64,000 bases of DNA from Macrostomum hystrix (GCA_950097015.1 CATNEN010000029.1:5642001-5706000), one strand, 5' to 3'; counted from the first letter of the stretch, positions 37,331-50,342 are shown. Numbers and translations are program-made. The notes: generated by a model not told the origin, from the sequence alone.

Positions 37331-40300
37331 ATGGGTGCTGGAGGTAGCACACCTGTGCCAGGAGGCGGGACTGAAGGCTATCATGTTTTACGGGTACGAA
37401 GCCAAACTTTTGAATTACTATCATGATTAATATCTAATAAGCACTGAAGCAACAAGTTATAAGCGCTTTTTGTGTCCTATTGTGATGTGGTTATTAAATT
37501 ACTACAGCAGTGATTTACATTCTCTGACCTGTGATATTTAATACTTCCCTGACTTAATTGGAAAAGTAATAAAATTTGGGATTCGATTATGTAGAGTGCA
37601 AAATGCTTAATAGGCCTACAATTAAAGTATCTGCAAAGAAGGGATTCTAGGCAATGATTTTTTTATTAAATTGGTAACTAGTTTCATTATTTTGCCTAAC
37701 TAAGCTAAATAGCTTTGTTTTGAGTTTTGCTAGAAAGTTTAGTGTATAAATATTGATCAACAGTAAAATCAATTTTAGTACAAAAAATCATAGCTTGATA
37801 TCAAACTGCAAAGAAAATTGCCTCTAAGTTGCAATTTCAGACAAGCTAAGCCTAGCTAAACCTATGTAGCTAGCCAATCCTTTATGCTATTTCAGTATAT
37901 GCTGATATACTGATTGTCATATAGGATTAGTCAGTGAAACCTGTAATTAACTAGTTGATGGAATGCCACCTTTAGTTCTCTATTTATCATTTGTAGGCAT
38001 AATAAATAGCTTATAAAAAGCTATATGTCAAAGAAAAAGATAACTAACTAACTAAACGTAGTCCTACCAGCCACAAGTGGCTTAGATAAAGATTTATACT
38101 ATAACAATATATGTTTATTTACTTTGACTGTTGTTGTTGTTGTTTATTTCATAGAAATAAAAGCATTACAAAATAGCTAATTTAGAATGGAAATTATAGC
38201 AAAATCAAAAATATGTTTAACATTTTCTGTATTAAACATAGTACCCTATATGTGATTAAACTAAAATGTTCCATATTATTAAAAACTCATCTAATTCATA
38301 AAAAATCTTCTTTTGTACTTCCATTAGCAAATGCAACAATTAGTTTGAAATAATTGTTTGTTCTAAAAAGTAAAATTATATATAAACAGAATGTTTTTTA
38401 CCTATATAAAACAACAAAGCAATATCATTTGTTAGAAAAACCTGTGTCAATCAGTTAGTGTAAATGTTTTGGAAAATATAGATTGTGTAATTGAAACTTC
38501 ACAAAGTATTAAATCCTTTCACACAATTTACATATATGCTTAACTTTTGCAACAACACAAGGTGCAAGAAAATTCACCTGGGCACAAAGCTGGACTTGAA
38601 GCATTCTTTGACTTTATTGTCGCCATTGGTAACACAAGACTAGTAAGTTTTCAATTTTCATTAAATGAGTTACTGAATGCAACAAGCTGTTTAATTCGTG
38701 CAGCTTGTAACAAAACTATAAAAAATGGGTCAATTCTACCAAATCAGAATGAAGACAATGAGAACCTGCGTGAGCTGCTGGTTCAGCACAAGGACAAGCC
38801 AGTGCGCACTCTGGTCTATAGCAGCAAGACCCAGACGTGCCGCGAAGTGACTCTGCAGCCCTGCGAAGGTTGGGGCGGTCAGGGCCTCCTGGGGGTCAGC
38901 ATTCGCTTCTGCTCGTTCGAAGGGGCTAATGAAAATGTCTGGCACATCACGGATGTCCAGCCCAATAGTCCAGCCAGCCTTGCTGGACTACAGTCTGACA
39001 CTGATTACATCATCGGAGCAGACACACTGCTGCAGGTGAGGCGCCGACAGTCAGATCCTTCTGACATTCAGATCCTTCTGACATTCAGATCCTTCTGACA
39101 TTCAGATCCTTCTGACATTCAGATCCTTCTGACATTCAGATCCTTCTGACATTCAGATCCTTCTGACATTCAGATCCTTCTGACATTCAGATCCTTCTGA
39201 CATTCAGATCCTTCTGACATCCAGATCCTTCTGACATTCAGATCCTTCTGACATTCAGATCCTTCTGACATTCAGATCCTTCTGACATTCAGATCCTTCT
39301 GACATTCAGATCCTTCTGACATTCAGATCCTTCTGACATTCAGATCCTTCTGACATTCAGATCCTTCTGATTGTTTGCTCTAAACGAAATTCACTCGCTT
39401 CGCAGGATTCGGAGGACCTGTTCACTCTGATCGAAGCCCACGACGGCAAGCCACTGAAGCTGTACGTGTACAGCACGGTGTCAGACTCGTGCCGCGAGGT
39501 GACGATCACGCCAAACTCGATCTGGGGCGGTGAAGGCCTACTCGGCTGCGGCATTGGCTACGGCTATCTTCACCGTATCCCCACAAGGGATCCCGACTAT
39601 CAGCCGCAGTTGCCTAGCGACATAATGCGCGCTCCGGCCAGCGTGGGCGACGGCTTCACCGACGTAAGAACCACAGCTAGCCCTGATCCCCTGACAGCTA
39701 GCCCTGATCCCTGACAGCTAGCCCTGATCCCCTGACAGCTAGCCCTGATCCCTGACAGCTAGCCCTGATCCCCTGACAGCTAGCCCTGATCCCCTGACAG
39801 CTAGCCCTGATCCCTGACAGCTAGCCCTGATCCCTGACAGCTAGCCCTGATCCCCTGACAGCTAGCCCTGATCCCTGACAGCTAGCCCTGATCCCCTGAC
39901 AGCTAGCCCTGATCCTTGACAGCTAGCCCTGATTCCCTGACAGCTAGTCCAGATCCCTGAGAACCAACCCTGATCCCCTTTCAGCTAGGCCTGTTCCCAG
40001 GGGGTGAGTGGCAGAGCGCATCTCGCACCAAGGTCCCTTAGCTCGATTCCGCGGCGAGGCCACATTAATTTGGGGCGCAGCCGCGGAGAGAAGGCTGTGG
40101 GGCTTGTCGTGCAATTTTCGCCTTTGAGGGCCAACCTCTAAGGTACAGTGAAAGTGTACACCGCCCTTTGATGAGAAAGTCAGAGCAGATGTACACACCT
40201 GTGTGAGCGTGTGCCTGCGTACAGTATCTGTGTGCGTGTTCTCAGGAGTAAATAAAATTTATGTAAAATACCCAAGGTGCCTGAGTGAATTTCAGCTCTC

Positions 40301-40953
40301 TGAATCATATCCCTTTCTATCTGTAAAATACCCAAGGTGCCTGAGTGAATTTCAGCTCTCTGAATCATATCCCTTTCTATCTGTAAAATACCCAAGGTGC
40401 CTGAGTGAATTTCAGCTCTCTTAATCATATCCTTTCTATCTGTAAAATACCCAAGGTGCCTGAGTGAATTTCAGCTCTCTGAATCATATCCCTTTCTATC
40501 TGTAAAATACCCAAGGTGGCTCTGAGCTCCGCCGCGTCAACTCCATCGGCTTCCTCTAATCCGCTTACCTCGCCGCTGCCTCCGCCGCCGCCGCCTCTGC
40601 CACCAGTATCGGCGGCTTCTTCACCTCTTCCACCGCCGCCGCCTCTGCCACCAGTATCAGCGGCTTCTTCACCTCTTCCGCCGCCGGCGCCGCTGCCAAT
40701 GCCTCCGACGTCACAGCCGCTTGCACCGCCGCCTCCGTATCAGCAACCCCAGCAGCAGCAGGAAGAGCTAGTTCACCTGCCGCCAATGAGCACTGAGGTC
40801 ACCCTGCCGGGCATGCCGCCTGTGTCAGTCAGTGTTCCGCCGTTGGATCTGCCGCCGCCTCCGCCGCCGCCTCCTTCGCAACCGGCCGCAATCGGGCCCG
40901 AGGCAGGCGAAGCCGCCGTCATGGAAACTGCCGAAACTGTGGTTGCGCCCTAA
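37331..40953 (+). CDS. GORASP: GRASP55/65 Golgi reassembly-stacking protein; exons 37331-37393, 38562-38642, 38748-39035, 39406-39663, 40516-40953
   Basis: MG myristoylation site, [18 protein letters not shown], two PDZ-like halves with [14 protein letters not shown] and [20 protein letters not shown], and a Pro-rich tail. All junctions are phase 0. Confidence 0.95.
39051..39370. repeat. 17-bp tandem array (TCAGATCCTTCTGACAT), ~19 copies, GRASP intron 3
   Basis: Unit is directly visible and contains a TCAGA/TCTGA inverted repeat. Confidence 0.95.
39673..39950. repeat. 20/21-bp tandem array (ACAGCTAGCCCTGATCCC(C)TG), GRASP intron 4
   Basis: About 14 copies of two length variants, beginning 9 bp after the donor. 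Confidence 0.93.
40000..40246 (+). mobile_element. SINE family A copy 4 (3'-truncated)
   Basis: Head with TAGCTCGATTCC and a matching body; ends abruptly at CTCAGGAGT. Confidence 0.85.
40260..40515. repeat. 60-bp tandem array (~4.3 copies) that includes the GRASP exon-5 acceptor
   Basis: Unit GTAAAATACCCAAGGTGCCTGAGTGAATTTCAGCTCTCTGAATCATATCCCTTTCTATCT. The last partial unit supplies CCCAAG|GTG. Confidence 0.92.
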
Positions 40954-42211
40954 ATAACTTTTTGTTTAGTTTTCACTTTGTTAAATTTCTATTAGAACTG
41001 ACAGTTTCTGTTGATGTTGCTTTTCTTTGCCTTCCCCGTAATTCACTGTCCACAGGTCCAGACTGAATGAGCTCAACAGGGGCTAAACAAGAGATGACAG
41101 CCAGTGTGTCTTTTTGGTTGATGGATTCAAATTTCATTTCTATTATAGTTCGTATAAACGATTTGCTGTTCGTGTGTTCAGCATATACTTTATTTATGTG
41201 GCTATGTAAGATTATCATCGTCTGTCATGCCATGCTATGCCAATTGTTATGTGCCTGTTAGCCGCAATGTCACGCTTGCTAGCTTATTCTGTTTAAATTT
41301 AATCATATTGTTACTTTGTGTTGGAGGCTGGTGGTTAAGGCGCTCTGTGTGATCCTTCTTTAAATGACAAGTTATTTGAATCGGTTTTTTATCATCTAGT
41401 TTTTGTGTTTCTTTACAACTCTAAAATATTATTAGTAACTACGAGTAGTAATATTAGTATTTATGATGATTATTATCATGAGAACAGAGGCACACGAGCG
41501 GGTGTGTATAAATTTCACGGAAAGTGGTTGCGTTAGACGCTTTGCAACTCGCTGTTTTAAAACCACAAGGGGTAATCAATATTTTTTCAGAATTTAAAGC
41601 TTTAAAATAAACAAATATAGTATAATTTTCTGGCTATATACAGTTACATTTTCAACTACTCTCCATGCCTTTTCGATAGTCAGCAGATACCGCAGGTCAT
41701 AAAATACACAGCACCCTATAGTAACTAGTGCATGCTACTTTTTTTAAAGTCGGTTTATTAGCAACTACTACTCACTAGTAGAACAAGGCAGTTTTTTGCC
41801 GTCATTTTTTGCTCTTTTTTCCTGCTTTTGTGTTCTAATAAGAGTTTAAAAAAATGGTTCGGATGAAATTAGTACCATCGTAATTGGCTGAGTTTATTTA
41901 TTGATTTTTCGGCAACAGGTATCGTTTCTTATGAAGAAAATGTTCTTAATTTGAATGACGAAGCCTGCTGTAGTGTCAAATCTAGGTTTTGTGTTCCTAG
42001 TACCTATCTGTGCTGCAGATCCACATATATATATTCCTAAAAGTATACACAGTCTGGACTTCATTTCGTGTTTCTAGTTTGTTCACTTATCGCGCTTGAC
42101 CTTGGCAACAAGCTAATTGAGGAAATTTTGAATTTTTGCTTGACTCACAACCTGTTGTTTGTTGCTTTTTTATCAAATCTTGATTTTTGTCAATAAAAGA
42201 TCTAGGACCGA

Positions 42212-42290
42212 TAATAATGATAATAATTGCAGGACAGCTGCGGGCAATGGCGCATAATTTGGTGACACTGGACCCGCAGCCAGCGAGGAG
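42212..42290 (-). mobile_element. SINE family A 3'-end fragment (copy 5)
   Basis: AATAATTGCAGGACAGCTGCGGGCAATG...GACCCGCAGCCAGCGAGGAG matches the SINE tail. Confidence 0.75.
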
Positions 42291-42304
42291 ACTAGTGATT
42301 ACAG

Positions 42305-43263
42305 ATGGCTCAATTTGAGCGTCCTGAAGTTCCTTGTATAGAAGGCGACGAAATCTCCATTGATGAGGCCACAAAAGATCCGCAGGTTCGTGCTGCTTTA
42401 GAACTAATCGCTGTGCGGCTGGAGGAATCTGTGAATCTCGCATCAGGTGTCTTAACATCCACCGAGTCTCTGTTTGAGCAGCATCGCAATCAGAACTTTT
42501 AAAATGCCTACAAGGTGACTCGCGATTGGAGAGGCCGCTGTCTCATCATCAGCAACGCAAAGTTTGACAGGAATTCGGAACAAATCGGAGCAGAAATTGA
42601 TTGTACAAACTTAGCGGAACTGTTTCGCGACCTCGGATATGTCGTAGATGTGCGGAGAAACCTCACAGCGGACGAGATTCTTTCGGACTGCAGCATGTTC
42701 CTACTTGACTCTGGCATGGCGAAATTTGACTCCTGCGTGCGTGCTGTGCATCCTGTCCCATGGCCAAAAGGACTGCATCATTGGAAGCGACACTAAGCCG
42801 GTTACAGAGAAGAAAATCTTTGATCTGTTTGAAGATCCTAAATGCAAGCTGGCTGGTAAGCCCAAGCTGGTCATCATCCAAGCCTGCCGAAAAAAGCCTG
42901 CTGCGTCGATTCTGTCTTGGCAACAACATGCCTGACACCGACCCAGAAGGTGCTGCGGAAGTGGATGTCAAGCAGATCATCCAGCTACTGCGAGAGGTCA
43001 ACAGACGGGAGGAGTCTGAGATTCGGGAAGCTGCTCAAGATAACTGCAGCGACCTAATAATTGCCTACTCAACGGAGGCTGGGCAGCTGAGCTGGTTGAA
43101 CAGGGACAACGGTAGCTGGTTCATCCAAGCTCTGGTGAAAGTCAACACCGAGCACGTTGCCGACATGCTGGTGATAGTGAGGCGAATTGTTGTCGACGCC
43201 TTCGACAGAATTCAAAAACCGCACACCGTTAGCAGTCTCAACAAGTAGTTATACTTCTTTTGA
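42305..43263 (+). pseudogene. Intronless caspase pseudogene
   Basis: RGRCLIISN, ILSHG, KPKLVIIQACR, DLIIAYST, GSWFIQAL. In-frame stops at 42500 and 43246; frameshifts at ~42740 (4-bp duplication) and ~42893 (A-run). Confidence 0.85.
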
Positions 43264-44010
43264 GCCGATATATGGATCCATGGAGCCGATAAACTTCACT
43301 GAAACTGAAAGTGTACAAAACCTTCATATTTTAGCCCTTCCGTCCCTTACATATACTTGCGTATCAGGTACTAAAGCATTAATTTTATAGAATTTATACT
43401 TAACTATTATACTCAAGCTTAAAAGTTCTGTAATTCTTCAACCATAGCTGCGCAATTTCTAAACAATTCTGAAACAAATTCGCGATCTGTCCATAACGTA
43501 GATGCATTCAATGATTCTGACAGAGGGCACAATTTTCCCCTAAGCGCTAATGAATTCAGTAAACACCTGTAAAGCCTAATCGCACTGCACTTCAGTACAG
43601 CTTTACCAAATGTGCCTGCATCATCTACGACTTCGGTAGTAACCGACCTTTATCTAGACGGAGCTGCTGGACCTTCAACAAGTGACACCAGCCGACTATA
43701 GACACCCATACGAAATTTCTCATATGAAAATAAACTGGCCCGTATTCTTGAGTTTCGTGTGCTCGCGTTGCTCCGCTCAGGTGCAGCACAAACAATAGTC
43801 AGGGGTTAGAAATGGTTTTGGGTTAGAAATTTCCCTTCTCATTTTTTGTTTTAACTTTAAAATGTATTTCTCATACAAATACACAAAAAGGAAAAAATGC
43901 GTTTCCATTTGATAACTTAAGTCGCTTTACTTCTTCCGCCAAGTGCTAACTCGACTTTCTACATAAAAAACTGTTGATTCAAATTAATAAACTAAGAACT
44001 CAGTGCTTAA

Positions 44011-46514
44011 CCCTATGACTGCGGATGGCCCTATATCTATGGCCCGCGGCTCAAATAGCTACTGAGCCGGATAAGATTCATTTATCTAGAATCTGGCCCG
44101 GCCAAATAAATGGCTCCGCCAATAGGAAAGCAAGATTCATTTATCTGGAATCTGGCCCGGCCAAATAAATGGCTCCGCCAATAGGAAAGCAAGATTCATT
44201 TATCTGGCCCGGCCAAATAAATGGCTCCGCCAATAGGAAAGCAAGATTCATTTATCTGGCCCGGCCAAATAAATGGCTCCGCCAATAGGAAAGCAAGATT
44301 CATTTATCTGGCCCGGCCAAATAAATGGCTCCGCCAATAGGAAAGCAAGATTCATTTATCTGGAATCTGGCCCGGCCAAATAAATGGCTCCGCCAATAGG
44401 AAAGCAAGATTCATTTATCTGGAATCTGGCCCGGCCAAATAAATGGCTCCGCCAATAGGAAAGCAAGATTCACTTATCTGGCCCGGCCAGTTTTTTACCA
44501 TAGACTACAGACTTTGGCCGCGGTCAGCCAAGCCAGGGTTTAATAGAGTATTACCCCATGGATTCATTTAATTTGGGCCTCAAGAGTGACCTCGGGCTGC
44601 ATTATTTCTATGGCCTCGGCTTCGCCTCGGCCAATAAACGCAGCCTCGGTCACTCTATCGGCCAAATAAATAAATCCATAGGGTAATGCCATATACGTAG
44701 TGAAGAACAGTAAACTATTATAGAAAAATCAGTAATAACAGTTGGTAAACAGTGTTACCAAACACAGTCATCAATGCACTCTATGCTTAATTTGTTTAGT
44801 TTTAGGGTTCTGAATAAGCAATTCGAGAGCAGCAGTAAGCAATAGAGATGAAGGCGCATATTGACGTGCACAACCTACGATTATAAGGTATGGTTTGACA
44901 CAATATCTTTCATTTTTATAACCAATAACTGAAATGGCGACACGAGATGGTAGAGCAATGAAATGAACAGTTACAGTTACTCTTTCAAGATTGATTTAAA
45001 AAACTGTATTCGAGTTATTTTTCTTGTTAATGACTACGATTTCCAATTACTTGTATTTAGAGCTAACGCTGCCAAAAAGTAAGCTCTGTTATAAAAGTTA
45101 TAAAAATTGACGGCCAGGATGTTGCCGTTCCGCATAAACGCACAGCCGGGAGCAGGAAAGCCAATTATTTTAGTGCATCCGGGACACCGCGGTTTGCACG
45201 CACGGTGCACGTAAGCAGGGTCATACGCTGCAACAAGTAGGCTGCAAGGCGACCTGATCCGACCCAGCTGTCGCAGAACACATGGTATCCAACGTCGAGA
45301 ACATACCTACATGACTCAACCAACACCCTTTCACTCAGTGAGAGTCCATCGCAATCTAGATCTTGTCTAAACTTTTCGTTCTCCGCCCTTATCGAATGCA
45401 CAAGAAAGTTGCTAACGTTATAGCCTGTTCTCGCCTCGCACAGGCAGTAAATCTTTATTCCATACCGCGCCTTCTTGGCAGGCGCCCTCTAAAGAGTGCA
45501 AGCTCCTCGTATACACTGAGCTCCTTTCCAGGCATGTAAACACGCCGAAAAATTTCAGAAACGACGGTGATGAAGCGCCTCACCTTTGCCAGGGGGTCCG
45601 ACGCATCAAAGTTGTTGCAATCGTAGAAACGAAGCAAACTGCTGATTTGTTGATACCTGTCTCTGGGCAAGCAAACAGGTTGTTGAAAGAGTGGTGTAGC
45701 ATAAAACTCATTTTTTGACCAGTAGTGGGTCACCTCCGGCTTCTTGATGATTCCCATGTATAGTGACATAGCGATAAACTTTGTCATGTCGTTAGCGGTG
45801 ACGTCTTTCCGTCGAGACGTCGAGAATTCTGACGTCGAGAATCGCGACGGCAAGGAATTCAGATCATCTTGCAGTTCCTGGAATTTTCGCAATGCACGCG
45901 CATTCGTCCATTCGCACAGGCTTTGCAGCAACTCAGCAGTGACGAACATTCGGCTAAAGGCCACTGGATCGTCGTCCGCATTGTCGGGTAGCACCAAGCC
46001 GAGGGGCAGGACCTGGCGTGCCCGAAAACGCGGGATTTGGGTCCGGCTTCTGGTCATGGCCTGGCTCGCAGTGAACCCACCCATCAGTTTCAGCAGCTTC
46101 TGGTAGAAGCTGCGCTTCGTCTTGAACTAACTCAGTTTCGTGGTGATCGTCATCAACATCTGTAAACATATCACTCTCTTACCAAGAAGTCTCACTGCCT
46201 GTGTCAGGATCGAATTGTGCAGCCGCGGCAGCCGACTATTGAAAAGTTCAAGAATTTTTTGTCAATAACCATAATTTTCTCTCGGCTATGAAAAAAACTG
46301 TATAAAGCGTCAATCAACAAGTATGAACAAGTGTACAAATGTACATGCAAGCGGAAATAATTTTGAAAAAATATTATACCATAGAATATTTGGTTTGAGC
46401 TGCTACCGCAAACTACGGGTCTGGCTGTTAAAGTGAAAAGTTGTCTATGGCCTGCAGTGCAGGCCATCCCGCGAACTACGTTTAAACCGTGCAGTCGACT
46501 ACGCAGTCTAAGGG
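44011..46514 (-). mobile_element. Defective piggyBac DNA transposon with TTAA target duplication
   Basis: TTAA|CCCTATGACTGCG (44007-44023) and CGCAGTCTAAGGG|TTAA (46502-46518). DDE_Tnp_1_7-like fragments lie at 46084-45455 and 45401-45165. The first catalytic D is read as Y (SVYEE) and the C-terminal region is missing. Confidence 0.85.
44095..44489. repeat. 59/52-bp tandem array of stem-loop units inside the piggyBac
   Basis: Each unit runs GGCCAAATAAAT...ATTTATCTGGCC (an inverted pair); ~7.5 copies. Confidence 0.9.
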
Positions 46515-46930
46515 TTAAATACATGAAGGGCTAGATTTACATAAATTAAATATCTGCAAGAACTGCGGCTGTAAACACAACATCTGAGAACAAATCGCCT
46601 ATGGCTGTTTTATCAAACCAATGCAGCACTGTTCCAGCTGCATGTTTTTGGATGGTTACTATCAACTTAAAACTGACCAGACAGATATGTCTCTAATACG
46701 AGTACGAGTATATATTTTACTTCTTTCCGCCAACATTTTCAAGTTTTTAGTGCAAGTTTCGCATTATTTTCCCGCTCATCTAAAGCGCCGCAATTCTATG
46801 GGCTAAATTGTATTCGCTCCTTAAATAAGAAGGTAAATCACTTTACACAATACTAGCCTGACGAATATACGAGCGTATATTTAAATAGCAAGTGAAAACT
46901 AATTTAACGCACTTGCCGGCGCAGAGCAGA

Positions 46931-49343
46931 ATGTGGAAGCGCAAGACTGCCGACTCGAGAGCACAGGGCTATCGGGAGGTAACGGAGGCTCCCAAGCTCA
47001 CAGCCAGCAAAGCCAGCGTCACCATGCGTAAAGTACGAATTCGCAGACGCATTAACCCTTCAGCCGCATCGCCGACCGCATTCGCCAACTCTTCCATCGT
47101 ATCGATTTCTCCGACGCAGAGAAAACAAGAGGGCGTGGCTGAAGATGCACCGCCACTCAGAGGTCGGACAGTCGCACAGCTGGAGCCAATTGCCGAGGAG
47201 ACTACCGCTGCAAAGTCAAGCAGCTACTACATTACTGACAGTGGGAATACCGCCAGCACTTGCTACTCATCGGCTAAGCTGCACGAGATAAACACCGAAG
47301 AAGTGTTCACGTCGTCAGAGCGCAGCGCAAAAGCCACCGCCGGCTCAAGGGGATCCAGCAGCTCAACAGGGGAATGGAACGAGCCAAACGCCAAACTAGA
47401 AACGTTTCGCATCACGCCCATGACTGCCAGTCTGTTCAGCAACGCCCAGCCATCTAGTAGCGGTCAAGACATCCAGCAGTGGGTCCCCGCAAGGGATTGC
47501 AGTGGTTGCGACCGCGGCGTGGGTAACTTCCTCCACGACGATCCAGTGATTCGCAGCTTTTTAAGCGACTCTGAAAATGACAGCTCAACTATCTGCAAGT
47601 CTATCAGCTTCGCTCTGCCGACACGTGACACGGACGAGACAATCAAAGAAACTTCCAGCCCCGTCGTAGTTAGAGAGTCTGCAAAAAACCCACTAGTGCT
47701 ACGTGACATAAAGTTTCGGAAAGCGCAGGATCGCGACCAGCGGACCCTTGCCTCAAACAAAGCCGTTTTCGCCAGCCTTAGCGACATGGCAGCCTCAGCA
47801 GGCGTCGCTGAAACAAGTTGCACAGTTGAAACGAGCTCATCGCGCCAGCCAAATGCATCATCAACGTCAATAGATGCGTCATTCTCATACAGGTGCGTCA
47901 TGTGAGCAGCAGCCGTTTAGTAGCGCGACAAGCGTGAGGCTTAATCTGCACAGTCGCGTTTCCCCCCTATCTTTACTCACACAGTTGCAACCAAATCGAT
48001 TTGACATCACTGGCCGGATCGAATCATTCTACCGCAAGTCAGCAGGTTCAGAGAGTAGGACAAGTTAAGTCGCAATGGCGGGAGAAGGAGCTCAACTATG
48101 CGTCTAAAGAATCAATAACCAAAGACGCGCAGCTCATTCTGGAAGTGATACAGGCCAACAACAAGCAGCAGCAACAACAGTTGAATGGCATCGTAGAGCC
48201 AGCCTCGGAGGGTAACAAAACGGCGCATGTCTCAATAAATTTGATGGAGTCAGAAACCCGGGAGCAGAACAAGCCTCAGCATGAATCATTGCCTGACAAA
48301 ATAGTGGAGGAAAAAGAAGCACCTGACATTGTGCCAGCTGGAGTTCACACCTCACCGGTTAGCTTTTTCTCTAAATTATTTAACTCTTTCTCTCTCTAGC
48401 TTATTGTCAGCTTATGTTGTACAGTTTTTAAGCAGCAGTACAGAAATAAAACATCTCCTCTGATCGATTTTCACAGCCAGCACCTAAACAAGAGGCGCCC
48501 CAGCAGCAGGACAGTGGCGGCACCACAGTGGCCACAGACTTGCCGAATAAAACTGACCAAGCACCGAACAGCGGCTGCAATCCGCTACTCAGTTGGCGGG
48601 CAAACTATCTGGAGCGCTCGCGCTCCGATATCGCCACAGACGATGTGCAAAATGCGATATTGCGAAGTCGACTACGACTGCGTCAGCTGCTACGCCTCGG
48701 CTCATCAAATGGTGGAGGCTGCGGCAGCAACCGCTGCGATTCCTTCTTTTCTCCAGTTTCATGTCCAAACAGTTCTCAAAGCGGCCGCTGCGGAGGCGGT
48801 CCCTGTTGTTGCAGCTGTTATCAGCCGCAGCCATGCTGCTCCACAGGCTGCTGTCACTGCCGCCAACACAAGCAGCCAGCCAGTTGCTGCTGTTGCAACA
48901 GTCGCCACATCACGTGTACCACTTGCTCTAGCTGCCCTAGTCATGGATGCTGCGAATCTGGCGCTAGGCGCTGCAACTCATCGTGCTCCACCAGCTGCTG
49001 TCGCTTCTGTTGCGGCGGCTCGGCGCCCACGTCTGGGCGCGGATGCTGCAGTTCAGAGGCTGCCTGCTGCCGTCGTTATGCCAACCCTCCGAATTCACTT
49101 AGCGGAGCAGAAGCATGGCCCCTCCAGCGACAACAACAGCAACAGTACCAGCAGCAGCATCAAATGCTGCCAGTCAACAAAAACTTCAATTCAAGGTTTA
49201 GGCCAAGCTGGGCGACCAACATAACCGGTCCTCAGTCATCTAGCAACATGACCGCTGCTCGCCCGGCAGCCGCTGTAACTTGGCTTCCAGAGCCAGGCAC
49301 GGCAACTAAATTCGGAGCCTCGGAGAAACTGTTGACATACTAG
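46931..49343 (+). CDS. Unknown ~733-aa protein, Ser/Thr-rich with a Cys-rich C-terminal block; exons 46931-47892, 47985-48357, 48477-49343
   Basis: Three long ORFs join in frame through canonical junctions (AG|GTGCGT..ACAG|T; CCG|GTTAGC..ACAG|CCA). No recognisable family motif. Confidence 0.65.
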
Positions 49344-49884
49344 AGACCTCAATATCAACATTATAATCTATTTATGCCTGGACAGAGGATAGTAGAAAGA
49401 GTTCCTACTTAGCTAGCCAAGCTCTTCACACAATGGAGTATGCGTATACACTACTATTAGTAACCAGGAGTGCGAAAAAGTTTTATTTCACTAGGAAAAT
49501 TGACTAATTGGCTGAAAAATGAAGAAAAAAAAGACTATATTTAGGAATTAAAGAGTCTACCTGTGCACACGATATATAACGATCTAGTAATGTCTAGTCT
49601 TCATTTACTTATAAGTATAAGTTCTGCCGTAACAGAAAAATGTACTACTTTATTTAAATCAGCTACAAGACATGATCTACATAAAGGCAGAGAGACAAAT
49701 GCATAAACGCATGACAACCAGTGGAAAACACGCAAATCACGTAAATCGACACAAAACTAGCTGAGACAATAATTACAAAACTGCTTAGTAATAATAATAA
49801 TAATATTGTACTGTTACTATTAATAATATTATTATTATATTACTATACTGATTTGTAAATTTTAACTGTAAGGGTACTAGCGGA

Positions 49885-50212
49885 CACTAGGTAGAAGGGA
49901 TCTGGTGATTGGAGATGAAGGGATTGGGAAGTAGGGATCTGGTGATTGGAGATGAAGGGATTGGGAAGTAGGGATCTGGTGATTGGAGATGAAGGGATTG
50001 GGAAGTAGGGATCTGATGATTGGAGATGAAGGGATTGGGAAGTGGGGATCTAATGATTGGAGATGAAGGGATTGGGAAGTAGGGATCTGATGATTGGAGA
50101 TGAAGGGATTGGGAATTGGGGATCTGATGATTGGAAATGAAGGGATTGGGAAGTAGGGATCCGATGGTTGGAGATGAAGGGATTGGAGAATAAGGATCTG
50201 ATGATTAGAGAC
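49885..50212. repeat. 37-bp tandem array (GGAGATGAAGGGATTGGGAAGTAGGGATCTGATGATT), ~9 copies
   Basis: Unit is directly visible; it is the reverse complement of the array at 52628-53585. Confidence 0.93.
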
Positions 50213-50342
50213 CAATTGGAACAATTAAATGTATTATAGCTTATCGTATTCCCCTGCAATAAAAGCTTGTCCTTATTATATAAAATCCTTTGGTAAAAAA
50301 CCAAATTGTGCAAACAATGTTTGCGCGGTTACACATTTCATC

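Noticed and set aside
48514-49224. Overlapping Ala-rich 236-aa ORF
   Set aside because: Out of phase with the upstream splice junction; the Cys-rich frame is the one that joins.
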